From Planctomycetota bacterium (GTDB taxonomy: Bacteria > Planctomycetota > MHYJ01 > WSZJ01), in NCBI GenBank assembly GCA_038060895.1, contig JBBTCT010000024.1:160001-224000 (forward strand): 64,000 nucleotides of DNA, written 5' to 3'. A program made the position numbers and the translations under genes. Below the pieces are notes generated by a model. The model was not told where the DNA came from. It was given only the letters and a program-made list of their open reading frames with translations, and ran no database searches. Shown in pieces: positions 30,620 to 41,300 of the stretch; position 1 is the first letter of the stretch, and the number at the start of each line of letters is the position of its first letter.

Positions 30620-31699
30620 TTACCGGAGACCGCGGACCCTGCGCAGTGCGATTCCCGGCAGCCCTGCCATCGTCCGAGCCACTCCTCGTGCTCCGTCCTG
30701 GCTCAGGATTTTGAGCGCAAAGCGCGCCGTGGTTCCCTCGGCCAGCTCCGGCTGCACGAGGAGCCCGGGCCGCAGGAGGCGCCGGAAGAGAGCGCGCTGC
30801 CAGCGCGGAAGCGCGAGCGCACGGGCAAGCGATTCCGGGATTGCGGCGCCGAAGATGGCCCCGGCGAGCGCGAGACCGGCCGAAAGCGCGGCGGCCGTGC
30901 GCGTCTCCGCGGCGCGCAGGGCGAGAACGGCCGGGTCGGCGCGCAGAAGAAGCTCTCGAAAGTCGAGGATGTTTCCGAGCGGACGGAAGCCGTGGCGCAC
31001 GAGGTTGACGGCGGCAAAGACGAGAGCGTCCTCGGCGGAGGGGAAGCGGATGCCGGGAAACGCAGCCACGGAACGCGCGCGCGTCCCCGCGTCGTCGGGG
31101 CGCATCTCCCGCACGAGGCTCAGCTCCCCCATCAGCGTCCAGTGCAGATCGACGTCGAGCACGACGCCATGCCCCAGTTCACGCAGGAACGATTTCTCCA
31201 TCGCCCCCGCCCCCGTCTGCGCCGGCCCCCTCGAGAAGCCGAGAGCGATCAGGGCCTCCTCTGCGGCCGCGAGATCAGCCGGACCGACCAGCAGGTCCAC
31301 GTCTCCGAAGGGGCGATCCGCAGGCTCGCCGTAGATGCCGTACGCGAGGTGAAATCCCTTCAGGGCCACCGCCTCGAATCCGCGGGCCGCGAACGCTTCT
31401 CCTGCCTCCCGCACCGCTCCGGCCTTGATCGAATTCGAGTGCCCGTAGGACAGCACCCTCGCTTCGAGCGCCGGCCTGAGTTCCGTGGCCCAGGAGGGCA
31501 CGGTGCCGGCGGCAGCGATGCGGCGGCGCAGTTCACCCGCGACTCGGTTCTGGACGGCCAATACCTCGACCCGCCCCCCCTCCGCCCGCGCGGGCCACGC
31601 AGACGCGGGAAGACCTCGCAAGACGGCCAGGAGAGCACGCGCGCCTGGGTCCGCAACGGACGCCAGGTCCGCGTCAACCCAGGCGGCGCATGTGCTCAT
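30620..31699 (-). CDS. Nucleotidyltransferase family protein (NTP_transf_5 type, lasso-cluster associated)
   Basis: ALKG, RPFGDVDLLV, VDLHW motifs. Confidence 0.85.
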   Translation of the reverse strand: MSTCAAWVDADLASVADPGARALLAVLRGLPASAWPARAEGGRVEVLAVQNRVAGELRRRIAAAGTVPSWATELRPALEARVLSYGHSNSIKAGAVREAGEAFAARGFEAVALKGFHLAYGIYGEPADRPFGDVDLLVGPADLAAAEEALIALGFSRGPAQTGAGAMEKSFLRELGHGVVLDVDLHWTLMGELSLVREMRPDDAGTRARSVAAFPGIRFPSAEDALVFAAVNLVRHGFRPLGNILDFRELLLRADPAVLALRAAETRTAAALSAGLALAGAIFGAAIPESLARALALPRWQRALFRRLLRPGLLVQPELAEGTTARFALKILSQDGARGVARTMAGLPGIALRRVRGLR

Positions 31700-31778
31700 C
31701 GCGGCTCCGAAAACGACCCGGCGCGCGGAGCTGGAGAAGCCGTCGCGCGCCGGGAGTTCCGGTCAGTATGGGCTTCGC

Positions 31779-34700
31779 CTACTTGTTGCGGCACTCGATG
31801 CGCCACTGGCCGAGCTTACTCGGAAGGTCGGTGCCGTCCGAACCTACGATGAAGACCTTTCCGAGGCCCCCGGACGTCGTGGTGACGGCCCAAGCCCTGT
31901 CCGGCATGCCAATAATGGGAGGGATCGCTGCGCGGTGTTCATAGACGGTAGCGGGGGCGGGATCTGTAAGCACCCAGACGTAAGCACCCGTCGTAGAGTC
32001 GTAGATTTTCCACATCTCAGGAACTCCCGGCACGCCGAACGAGGGATCGCTCTCAATCAAGCCTGGTTGCGCGCCCTCCGTGTTGAACAGCGAATCGAAG
32101 GCGAAACTGGACGACTTCCGCTTCTCGATTCTCCACAGCAGGTCGTCGAGGGGCGCCCTGTTGCTCCCGGCGATAAAGAGCCTGTTTGTATCGAGCACGA
32201 GTTGGCCGCATCCAAAGTCTGCAACCGAGGGCGTGCTCGGAGGCAAGTAAGAACCCAGGAGGTACATCGAAGCGGCACCGACCGGAGACTCGGCGGTCGC
32301 CACGTCGACCTTCAGCAGCGCCCAGTTGTCAAATCCCGGGAAAATAGACGGAGGAACCCAGTACGGGTAGTCGATAGCAGTCCTGTAGGTTGTCAGCGCG
32401 TACAGATGAGTCCCATCCGTGACGACCGAGTGGACCGAGTCGTCCGAAAAGGTAAAGGTGCCGGTGAAGACGTCGTACAGCGTGATGCCGTTGTCTTTGC
32501 GATACGTCCCTTGTCCGCTGAAGCCGAATCCTGGGTTAACTGACTCTATGTAGACATCGAGGCTGCCATCCGAACAGCGCCGCTTCTGCAACATCGAGTT
32601 TCGCGTTGAGCCGGTATCGCCGACCGAGTCCTTGAGCCAACCTCCAATGATCAGGAAGTCTTCTGATCCATCGGCGATCGTGACACACGTGGCGGCTGCA
32701 GGGCAATCTGTCGTAGGCAACGAATGGGGTTCGATGTCATTCCAAAAGCTGCTCTGGGTGACGACCCAGGATGATGCGCCCGTCGTCGCGTCCAGCTTCT
32801 CTACCCGTATGTTGGACATGCCTGCGATGTCATCATCCCCTACGGCGTAGAGGAAGCCATCGGTGTGGAGGGCGATGTCCCCTGCCTTCCCGTTTGCGGT
32901 CGTGGTCGTGTACACGCCGTCTACGTCGAAGGCAGTATCGAGCACGCCGGTGGTAAGAACGCGCTTTTCGACGCGCCAATCATAGGATCCCGCAGTTGTC
33001 TCCTGGCTGCCAAACAGAAACATGTGCGTGGCGTTCACCAGGATCTTTCGTGGAATCATCTCGATTGCGCCTGCCGGATTAATTTTGAGGAGCCCGGTCC
33101 CGTCCGGCCAGGATCCGACCAACGAGCCGTCTGACAGCATCCTCCGCTCAACCCGCCAAGTGTTGTTAACCCCTGTCCCCATGCCTCCTTCGTAGCCGAA
33201 GACGTACAGGAAGCTACCCTCGGTGGCGACAGAGCGAGCTTCGTCCTTCGTGCTGCTACCCGGTTCGCTCTGGATCACGCCGCCGGTGCCGAAGCCGGTC
33301 ACCAGCAGGCCGCCGGTGCTGTCCGAGAAGATCGTGTTGTTCGACAAGGTGATCGATCCGCTGGTGGCGATGACGCGCCCCTGCACGACCGAGTCGGAGC
33401 CGAGCACGATGGCCGTGGGCGACGCAGCCGTGGCCAGAATCGTTCCCCTGAAATTAGTGCTGGCCCCAAGGCTGAATGTGTCGGAGATCCAGATGACGTT
33501 GTCGGCGTTGGCGCCGCGTTCGTACTTGAACTGAAAAACTCCCAGGGCGCTGACGATGTCCAGCGCTCCGGAGTGCCTGAAGATCCAGACGCTGCCGGGG
33601 TCGTTTCGACCGTCCAAGGTGATGGGTCCGTCCACCTTCGGATCTCCCGTGAACGCAAATGAGTCGATCAGGTAGACGCCGCCGGGCAACCGCTTGCCCA
33701 GCAAGGTGTACCCCTTCAGGCTGTAGTCCGCGTCGCGCGCGAGAGCATCTACCTGGGCCAGCAAAGCGGCGGCAACAGCGTCGTCGGGGGGGTCCGTCGC
33801 CGTGCCGCTGTCCGGGTAGAAGGTGCCGGGTGCCTCCACGACGAACGGTGGCGTACCGGGATCCATGATCCCGGTAGCGACGCCAGCGCTTCCCTTGATG
33901 AGCGTATCGCCGGTGTTCGTCATCGAGTCGTAGGCGAGCGCCGCGAAATTCGCGGGGGCGTCTGGATCAGAGGCGGAACCGAGCGCCAGCGTGCCGGTTT
34001 CACCGATGGAGATCGACCCGTAGACGTTCGTGGCGTAGTACCACCAGCCGTAGTAGAGCGACGCGACGCGCCCGGTCACATTGCTGCCGGCTCCGATCTG
34101 GACGTCGCCGTTCACGAGCACGGTGCCGATAAAATTGGCGTAGCCCGTCACGTCAGGATCTTTCCAGGGAGGAGACTTCTCGTCATCTCCGATGAATGCG
34201 CCCGGCATGTTGTCGTAGGTGTAGCCGTAGGGGCCAAGATCCGGTCCTGTGGACCGGTAGTCTCCTGACGGGATCGCGACTCCCACCTGCCACCATACGT
34301 TTTCGGGAAGCGCTCCCCCGGTCATCACAACCTTGGATTTGCCCCTGGCGTAAAGGTTACCGGGAATCTGGAAAATCCAGGTGTCCGTGGAGCTGCCGCT
34401 CAAGGTCAGAGTTCCGCCACCCAGGGTGACATCTTTGTGGATGTGCCCTGTCACGGGTTCGACGATCGTGGAGTCGAATTTATATATACCTGCGGTCAGG
34501 GTTTCCCCGGAAAGGTCCAGGTCGGTACGGGTCACCGTCGGCGTCCGACCGGCGAGGTCGGTGTAACAAAGGGTGGCGGCCAGCATGGCAGCGGCGTAAC
34601 CGGTGGGGTCGCCCGAGGGAAACGCCGTTGAACCGGAATAGGAGTAGTGTTCATCGCCGAAAATCGTGGCTTCCTTGAAGGTCGGCCACACATAGCCGCC

Positions 34701-35057
34701 GAAACCATCAGAGGTGTAGCCATCAGTCATCACCGACGAGTAGTCCTCGTTGTCGTAGTCGCCCCAGTTCGCGCCCACGTCGCCCCAGACCACCGTGTCC
34801 TTCTTGTGGTAGAGGTAGTAGTAGGCCAGCGCCGCGTAGAAGTAGGCGACGCCGAGGTCCGGTTTCGGGGGAGCGGGAGGTGGAGGGATGAGGACCGGGT
34901 CTACCGCGGACTTGCTGCCTGACCCGGAAGAGCCGCTCCCGGAAGAAGTGTTTCCGGATGAGGATGATCCGCCGTCGGAGCTCCTCTTGCACCCAGCGAA
35001 AACCAGCGAGACCAGCGCGAGGACGAGGACCGGCAGCACGTACTTTTTGGAAGTCAC
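31779..35057 (-). CDS. Large lipoprotein with two DUF3494 (ice-binding-like) domains and a C-terminal repeat/beta-propeller region
   Basis: Lipobox FAGC, Ser/Gly linker, WIFQI..ENVWWQVG and WIFR..DNVIW DUF3494 signatures, repeated WRVE(K/R)R..G motifs. Confidence 0.78.
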   Translation of the reverse strand: MTSKKYVLPVLVLALVSLVFAGCKRSSDGGSSSSGNTSSGSGSSGSGSKSAVDPVLIPPPPAPPKPDLGVAYFYAALAYYYLYHKKDTVVWGDVGANWGDYDNEDYSSVMTDGYTSDGFGGYVWPTFKEATIFGDEHYSYSGSTAFPSGDPTGYAAAMLAATLCYTDLAGRTPTVTRTDLDLSGETLTAGIYKFDSTIVEPVTGHIHKDVTLGGGTLTLSGSSTDTWIFQIPGNLYARGKSKVVMTGGALPENVWWQVGVAIPSGDYRSTGPDLGPYGYTYDNMPGAFIGDDEKSPPWKDPDVTGYANFIGTVLVNGDVQIGAGSNVTGRVASLYYGWWYYATNVYGSISIGETGTLALGSASDPDAPANFAALAYDSMTNTGDTLIKGSAGVATGIMDPGTPPFVVEAPGTFYPDSGTATDPPDDAVAAALLAQVDALARDADYSLKGYTLLGKRLPGGVYLIDSFAFTGDPKVDGPITLDGRNDPGSVWIFRHSGALDIVSALGVFQFKYERGANADNVIWISDTFSLGASTNFRGTILATAASPTAIVLGSDSVVQGRVIATSGSITLSNNTIFSDSTGGLLVTGFGTGGVIQSEPGSSTKDEARSVATEGSFLYVFGYEGGMGTGVNNTWRVERRMLSDGSLVGSWPDGTGLLKINPAGAIEMIPRKILVNATHMFLFGSQETTAGSYDWRVEKRVLTTGVLDTAFDVDGVYTTTTANGKAGDIALHTDGFLYAVGDDDIAGMSNIRVEKLDATTGASSWVVTQSSFWNDIEPHSLPTTDCPAAATCVTIADGSEDFLIIGGWLKDSVGDTGSTRNSMLQKRRCSDGSLDVYIESVNPGFGFSGQGTYRKDNGITLYDVFTGTFTFSDDSVHSVVTDGTHLYALTTYRTAIDYPYWVPPSIFPGFDNWALLKVDVATAESPVGAASMYLLGSYLPPSTPSVADFGCGQLVLDTNRLFIAGSNRAPLDDLLWRIEKRKSSSFAFDSLFNTEGAQPGLIESDPSFGVPGVPEMWKIYDSTTGAYVWVLTDPAPATVYEHRAAIPPIIGMPDRAWAVTTTSGGLGKVFIVGSDGTDLPSKLGQWRIECRNK

Positions 35058-35122
35058 GTGACCCTCCGGGATTTTGAAACAAGCTGAAGAATCTGAAAAC
35101 CCCCGAAACTCTTGATCGGGAG

Positions 35123-35152
35123 AGTATAGACCAAACTCATCCGGCGGCTCAA
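35123..35152 (-). promoter_or_regulatory. Putative sigma70 promoter for the DUF3494 lipoprotein
   Basis: TTGAGC-N18-TATACT on the minus strand in an AT-rich patch; GGAGG RBS before GTG 35057. Confidence 0.4.
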
Positions 35153-35159
35153 AAGTTTA

Positions 35160-36074
35160 TTAAGAAAGTTCAGATATTTTTTTTTGCACTTCGGCCAGAT
35201 CCTCGACCCTCCGGGGATGGGATAACGCCAACGGCGGGAAGGCGGCGGAGAGGTCGCCAAGATAGCGGAATTCGGCGCAAGCGCGCCCGCGGTCCGTCGG
35301 GTCCAGCCGGAAGGCCTGCCTCACCAGCGCCAGCATCGCCTCGCCGCCGGAAGCGCGCTGGATCCACGGACGCCCGGGACGGTGGGGGGCGAGGAAGAAG
35401 AGTCGCCAAAGAGGCGCCGGAGAGCTGCTCCAGCGGGAGCCGGTGGGAACCAGCCGTTGTTTTGTTTGCGAATCCGGTACCTGCCCTCCCCCGAACACCG
35501 GTGCGGATGAGGGCCACAACCGATGGATCGGGTAAGCCGGGACGATGCGCGAGTTTTCGTCGAGCAGAACCCCATCATCCGACAACAGCCGCGCCCCCGA
35601 CGCGCAAAAACTCGCCGCCAGCGTCGACTTTCCGCTTCCGCTCTCCCCGATGAACGCGATCGCGCCCCGATCGGTCTCCACGGCGCTCGCGTGCAGCACG
35701 GTCCGACCGGATGCGGAGAGAGCGCGCGGCAGGACATCGTCGAGAAACAGGTGGCGAACGGACTCGACGGACGACCCGGGCGCCGGGAGTGCCTCGACAT
35801 GGAGTTCTCCGCGCGCGACGAGAAAGTCGGCGAGGCCGTGGAAGCGAAGAAGCATGCGGTCAGCGGCGGGTCCGATCGAGAGACAACTCGTGCCGTCATT
35901 GCCCTGCACTTCGAACACCCAGCCTTTGTGCGGCGTTGGTGGCGCGGACGGGCTAAGCCGAAATGTCGCAACGGTTCGACGGGTCGCCGGAGAACCTTCC
36001 TCATCCCAGCCTGGCAGATCGGGGAATTCGATGTCGGTGTCGAGGCGCAGCCCGAAGACGGTGTAGTGCCGCAT
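35160..36074 (-). CDS. HPr-kinase-like lasso peptide kinase
   Basis: LHASAV, GESGSGKST, LLSDD; start set at MRHYTVFG (36074). Confidence 0.85.
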   Translation of the reverse strand: MRHYTVFGLRLDTDIEFPDLPGWDEEGSPATRRTVATFRLSPSAPPTPHKGWVFEVQGNDGTSCLSIGPAADRMLLRFHGLADFLVARGELHVEALPAPGSSVESVRHLFLDDVLPRALSASGRTVLHASAVETDRGAIAFIGESGSGKSTLAASFCASGARLLSDDGVLLDENSRIVPAYPIHRLWPSSAPVFGGGQVPDSQTKQRLVPTGSRWSSSPAPLWRLFFLAPHRPGRPWIQRASGGEAMLALVRQAFRLDPTDRGRACAEFRYLGDLSAAFPPLALSHPRRVEDLAEVQKKISELS

Positions 36075-36087
36075 TCCGCCCGGCAGG

Positions 36088-36378
36088 TTACTCGCTCGTG
36101 ACGTCAATGAGGCCTCGCTGCGCAAGCGCTTCCACGAACTCCCGCATGTCCTTCCGGATCGTTTCAGGGGGCGCTTCGAATTCCTCAGCGAGGCGGTCGC
36201 ACGCTGCGGCGATCGAGGGAGAGGTGGAAAGGCACGCCCAGAAAGCGGTGCCAACGTCATCAAGGCCGTAGTACGACTCGTTCTTCAGATTCAGGATGAC
36301 GGACTCGCCGTCCACGGCCCGAATCAGCGTTTCGGGCGAAACCACGGCGCGCCTCGCAAAGGAAAATTCCGGGTGCAT
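36088..36378 (-). CDS. PqqD family RiPP recognition element (lasso B1)
   Basis: 96 aa with DGESVILNL..YYGLDDVGT..W and F...L..RGLI pattern. Confidence 0.92.
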   Translation of the reverse strand: MHPEFSFARRAVVSPETLIRAVDGESVILNLKNESYYGLDDVGTAFWACLSTSPSIAAACDRLAEEFEAPPETIRKDMREFVEALAQRGLIDVTSE

Positions 36379-36400
36379 CCGAGGTCTCCAGGAAGCTCGC

Positions 36401-36565
36401 TTAGACGATGCCCATCTGCTTCGACAGGTCGCCGCCAATAGAGCCGGTGCCCGCTGTCAGTTTGACCAGGCTGCCGTATTCGCGAAGGATAGGCGCCTGG
36501 TAGGGTTTTTTCGACGACGCCGCGACGGGCGGGGTTGCCGGTCTGGATGCCTCGGTCTCTTTCAC
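36401..36565 (-). CDS. Lasso peptide precursor (54 aa), core GTGSIGGDLSKQMGIV
   Basis: GTG start with GGAGG RBS; leader YQAPIL (YxxPxL), G..., Thr at -2; core Gly1 and Asp8. Confidence 0.9.
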   Translation of the reverse strand: MKETEASRPATPPVAASSKKPYQAPILREYGSLVKLTAGTGSIGGDLSKQMGIV

Positions 36566-36585
36566 GTGGACTCGCCTCCAAACGT

Positions 36586-38382
36586 TCACGGTTCCGTGAT
36601 ACCAGCCATCGCGCGACTGTACCAGATTTCGATGCCGCCGATCATCCAGAGTGGCCACATCAATCGGCTTTGGTCCATCCGGCCGGCGGCCTCTTCCCTG
36701 AGGAATTCGCGGTAAAGGGAGGCGGCGGGGCCCGTGTTGGTCCAGCCCCGGGCAGCGGTTGTCAGCGACTGAAAGCTCCGCTCGCCGCCCAGCGCCCGGA
36801 ATGCTTCCGCAAACAGGTGCGAGAAATCCGCTTTGGTCCTGCGGTCGCGGACGGCCGGCGGAAGCAAGTCGCGGAGTCCGCCGCGGAGGACGAACTTTGT
36901 GGCCGCTCCGCGGCGGAGCTGCTCCCGCGGAACGGTCAGCGCGAACTCAATCAACCGGCGGTCATAAAACGGCATTCGCAGCTCGAGCCCGTGCCAGGCC
37001 ATGTCGCGTTCGTCGATTTCCAGCATGTGCTGTCCCCAGCCCGTTCCGTCGATGGCGAAGCGCCGCGCAGCCTCGGCGCCCGGGACGAGGGGGCGATGGC
37101 GATCCTTTGCGTGGATGCGGTCGACAAGAGAGATGCGGCGGGCGAATTCCGCGGAGATCCAGGCGGGCGCCTTTCGTTTTCCCATCACTTTCGCAACGGT
37201 CTCGAACGCCGGATGAGGCAGGACAGCGCGAAGAGCCGCGCGCAGGACCCCGCCACGTCGCGGCCCTGGTCCCATCAGCCATTCGTCGGAGCCGATGCCG
37301 GTCAGCACCGCCCGGAATCCGCGCTTTCGCGCGAGCGGGCGGATCGGGAGGGCGACCGCCGAGTTCGGATATCCGGGAAAGTCGAGCGTCCTTGCCGCGG
37401 ACGCGGCGTAGATCCCCGGGTCCGCTGCGGCGGCCTCCTCAAAATTTGCCTGGAGCCCCCACATAGACACCACTTCATCAATGTAGGCCCGCTCGTCGCA
37501 CGGACGCCCCGGAAACGAGAGCGAGAACGTCTCGAACCCCTTCCCCTCTGCCGCGCCCTCCCTGAACAGGGCCTGCGCCATCCCGACGACCGAGCTGGAG
37601 TCCAGTCCGCCGCTGAGGTCCGCACAGACCGGCGTATTGCTGCGCAGGCGGCAAAGCACGGCGGCCCGAAAGAGTTCGCGGAATCGGTTTCCATACTCAA
37701 GATCCGAAGCGAGACCAGAGACGTCGGAGACACTCCGCGGGGCGTACTGCCGCGCACGGACTCCCGCCGCGTCCGCCACGAGCACGTGAGATGGCGGCAA
37801 CCGCAGCACGCCTTTCCAGACGGTCTCTTCTCGGTGGGTGACGGCGTTGGCGAGGAACTCGCCGATCACTCCTTCGTTTGGCTCGCGGGGGAGGCCGGCG
37901 TCGCCGAAAAGGGCGCCGGGCTCCGAGGCGAAGACAAGGCGGCCGGCGTGGACCGCGTACGCGAGCGGACGCGCTCCGATCCAGTCTCGGGCGCAGAGGA
38001 GCCGGCGCCTCGCTGCGTCCCAGTACGCGAAGGCAAAGTCGCCAAGCAGCCGTCCCGGGGCGTCTTCACCCCATTTCTCGCAGGCCAGCAACGCGAGCTC
38101 GGCGTCGCCGTCGCCGGCCGGCGCAAGCGCTTTGCGCAGTTCGTCGCGATTGTCCAGGCGTCCGTGAAAGACGATGCCGAGCTTTCCCTTCACGAACGGC
38201 TGGTGTTCGTGCACGGCCTCGGGAGTCGTGTGCATCGCCCGGAAGCCGAGAGCGACGGAGCCGTCGATCCAGGTCGCGCAGCCGTCCGGGCCGCGGTGCG
38301 CGAGACGCGTGAGAATCGATCCGAGAGGCTCCGGCCCCGCCGGCCTGCCGTCGAAATAAAAAACTCCGGCTAGCCCGCTCAC
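36586..38382 (-). CDS. Lasso peptide cyclase (asparagine synthase-related, C protein)
   Basis: AsnB fold with Ser replacing the catalytic Cys (MSGLAG), LSGGLDSS, GIGSDE, RMPFYD; adjacent to precursor and RRE. Confidence 0.88.
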   Translation of the reverse strand: MSGLAGVFYFDGRPAGPEPLGSILTRLAHRGPDGCATWIDGSVALGFRAMHTTPEAVHEHQPFVKGKLGIVFHGRLDNRDELRKALAPAGDGDAELALLACEKWGEDAPGRLLGDFAFAYWDAARRRLLCARDWIGARPLAYAVHAGRLVFASEPGALFGDAGLPREPNEGVIGEFLANAVTHREETVWKGVLRLPPSHVLVADAAGVRARQYAPRSVSDVSGLASDLEYGNRFRELFRAAVLCRLRSNTPVCADLSGGLDSSSVVGMAQALFREGAAEGKGFETFSLSFPGRPCDERAYIDEVVSMWGLQANFEEAAAADPGIYAASAARTLDFPGYPNSAVALPIRPLARKRGFRAVLTGIGSDEWLMGPGPRRGGVLRAALRAVLPHPAFETVAKVMGKRKAPAWISAEFARRISLVDRIHAKDRHRPLVPGAEAARRFAIDGTGWGQHMLEIDERDMAWHGLELRMPFYDRRLIEFALTVPREQLRRGAATKFVLRGGLRDLLPPAVRDRRTKADFSHLFAEAFRALGGERSFQSLTTAARGWTNTGPAASLYREFLREEAAGRMDQSRLMWPLWMIGGIEIWYSRAMAGITEP

Positions 38383-41300
38383 CTCCGTTCCTTCTCAATC
38401 TTCTCGATCTGGGTCATGTAGCGCAGCGCCCGGGCTTCCGCTGCATCGATCGCCAGGGCCTGCGCGAAGCACTCCTTCGCGGGGGTCAACTGTCGATTCA
38501 TGAAGTGAAACTCCCCCTTCATTCCCCAGGCCGTCGCGTTTCCCGCGTCAACCTGGACCAGCCGCTCGAAGCACTCCAACGCGAGCGCCCCCTGGCTATC
38601 CATGGCGGCGGTGACCGCGAGGTTGGCCAGCACCGCGGCTTCGTCGGGCCGCAGGGCCCTTGCGCGACCGAACATGTCGATCGCCGCCTTGATGTCTCCC
38701 TTTTGACGAAGCAGCGCCCCGAGGTTGAACCATCCGTTCCAGTGCTCGGGGTCCAGCTCGACCGAACGGCGCAGCCGCGTCAGCCCTTCATCGACGCGCC
38801 CCAGCGAGGCGAGCGCGAGCCCCGCGTGGTAGTTGGCCATCGCCGAATCCGGATCCGACAGGAGCGCCTTCTCAAACCACTTGAGAGCTTCGTCGTCCCT
38901 GCCCAGCTGGTGCGCGCGGAAGCCGCGCAGGTCGAATTCGTGCGCACCGGTTCCCTCGTCGCCGAAAGTCTCGAGGAGCGCCGCCATTTCCGCTTCTGAA
39001 ACCGCGCGGCGGAAGACGCGGCGAAGGGCTCCTTGGGCGTCGAAGACGAAGGTGGAGGGGAGCGGGGCGTCGCCGCCCGGGCCGAAGAAGGACCTGAGGA
39101 GAGGTTCGTCGGCGAGGAACTGCGGGTAGGAGACGCCGGCGGCCTGCACGGCGGCCCGGACCGCGTCGAGGTCCTTTGACTCGACGCTCACGCCCGCAAA
39201 CGTGGCGCGGTCGCGGAACTTCCCCGCGAGCGCGACGAGCGCCGGCATTTCCTCCTTGCAAGGCGCGCATGTGGGCGACCAGAAGTTGATGACCGCAGGC
39301 GTGCCTTTGGTTGCAAGCGCCGCTTCCCCGCCCTCGAGCCGACGCGCGGTGGCGTCGAACGAGAACACCGGGCGCGAACGCGGCGGCCCGGACGTCCATC
39401 GGGGCAGCTCGCGCGCTTCGAATCCCGGGCGGCCGTGACGGATCGTGACGAGACGGTCTGCGGGAACGCGTTCGACGGTCTGGACATCTCCGCCGGGCCA
39501 GGTCACCGTCACCCGTTCGGCCAGGGCGGCGTCGCCGAGACCGAAATGCAGGTCGAACGGCACCTGCGTCTGGAAACCGTCGGTGAGGCGCGTGTAGTCC
39601 TGCTGCGTGACGCCGCCGGCCTCGACTTTCACGAGCGCGCCAAGCGCGTCGGCAAGCCCGCGCTGCCCTTCAAGTCGAAGACGCAGAAATCGTCGCGCCG
39701 GAGAACTGTTTTCGACGACGCGCAGTCCCTGGAGCGAGAAGCACAGGAGGTCGAGGTCGCCGTCGCCATCGACGTCGGCAGGCGCGGCGGCGCGGCCGTC
39801 GTCGTCGAAGTCGAGACCGCAGACGTAGGCGGCGTTGGGATAGGTCTGCGAAGGGCCGTCCGCGTTGAAGAAAAGGAAATCCCGCTCGTACCCGCTCCAG
39901 GAGCCGCGGAACGTGGGGTCAACCCTGGCTTCGTAGTTGGGCTGTACTTTCTTCGACTCAAGGGCGCGTGCGTCGGCGGCGACCTGCCGCCAGAAGTGCG
40001 TTCAGAAGTCCGGGGCGTTCGCGTCCGAATTCGTCGTGAACCCGTTGGCAACCCAGATCTCGCGATCGCCGTCGTTGTCGATATCCAGGAACAGGCAGGC
40101 CCACGCCCAGTCGGCCCAGTTCAGGCCGCGGGCCACGGACGTCTCGCGCCATTCCCCCGATTTCGGGTCGCGCTCGTAGAACTGGTTTCCCTGGGCGAGC
40201 AGGAGCCCCAGCCGGCGCATCTCTGGCCCGAGGTTATCCGCGAGAAGAAACACGCGATTACCCGCATGGCTGTACATGTTCGAGAGGTACATCCCCCACG
40301 TCCCGTCGTTCTCCCAGTCCGCGATCGTCACGCCCATCGTGTAGTTCGTGTCGGCGTTGAAAATGTGCGTCTTCGCGTCGGCAAAACGCCCCTTGCCGTC
40401 GTTCTGCCACAGGTGATTCGGTCCGAAGTCGTTTCCCTCGAACAGGTCGAGGTCGCCGTCGAAATCGAAGTCCCACCATTTCGCGACATAGGAGTACTGC
40501 GTTCCGGTGATGCCGCGCGCGTCCGACTCCTCCGTAAACCGCAGGCCGCCCTGGTTGATGAACAGGTAGTTGTCCGCTCCGTCGTAGGCCACGACGCGGT
40601 TGAAGGCGTCGTTCTTCGATCCGCGATTCTTATAGCAGCAGAAGAACAGGTCGATGTCGCCGTCCCGGTCGAAGTCCGCCGGCACGATCCCCTGCACCGA
40701 CACGCCCACGGTCCCCGGCGGCACTGCAAACTCCGTCGCGCGCGTCTCCCAGCCATCTCCCTTCCGCACGTGGATCCGCAAGTTCGCCTTGTCCCGCTTC
40801 TCCCCGCTGACGTCGCCGCTCACGAGCTCGTCCACCCCGTCGCCGTCCAGGTCGAGCGCCACGTACGACCACGCCACATCGTCCGGCTTGAGGGCCGGCC
40901 CCTGCCCGCGCACGAATCCGCCCTTTCCGTCGTTCAGGAACAGCGCGAGCTCGCCGCCGCGCACCCAGGCGAGCACGTCCGGAAACTCGTCCCGGTTCCA
41001 GTCCGACACCACCATTCCTCCCGTGCTCGTGATCCCGCGGTCGTCGATCATCGACCGGCGAAGCTCCCGGTTGGCAGCGGACTCATTGAAGTGCAGACCG
41101 GTTTCATCCGTGATGTCGATCCACGGCGCGCGCCGCGCATCCAGGCGCGTCCCCTCGACCCATTCCAGCCGCTCGACCTGCCAGGTTTTTTCCGCCGTGG
41201 CCACCCACCGGCTGCGCACCGTTCCGGAGAGATCCGCCCGCATCCCGTCGGTCTTGCGCCCGGCGAGCTGGAAGTGCAGCACGACGTAGGCCGATCGAAG

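Noticed and set aside
35177-35185. T9 homopolymer as a phase-variation tract in the kinase
   Set aside because: It lies in the last few codons, so slippage would barely alter the protein; more likely part of the AT-rich downstream promoter region.
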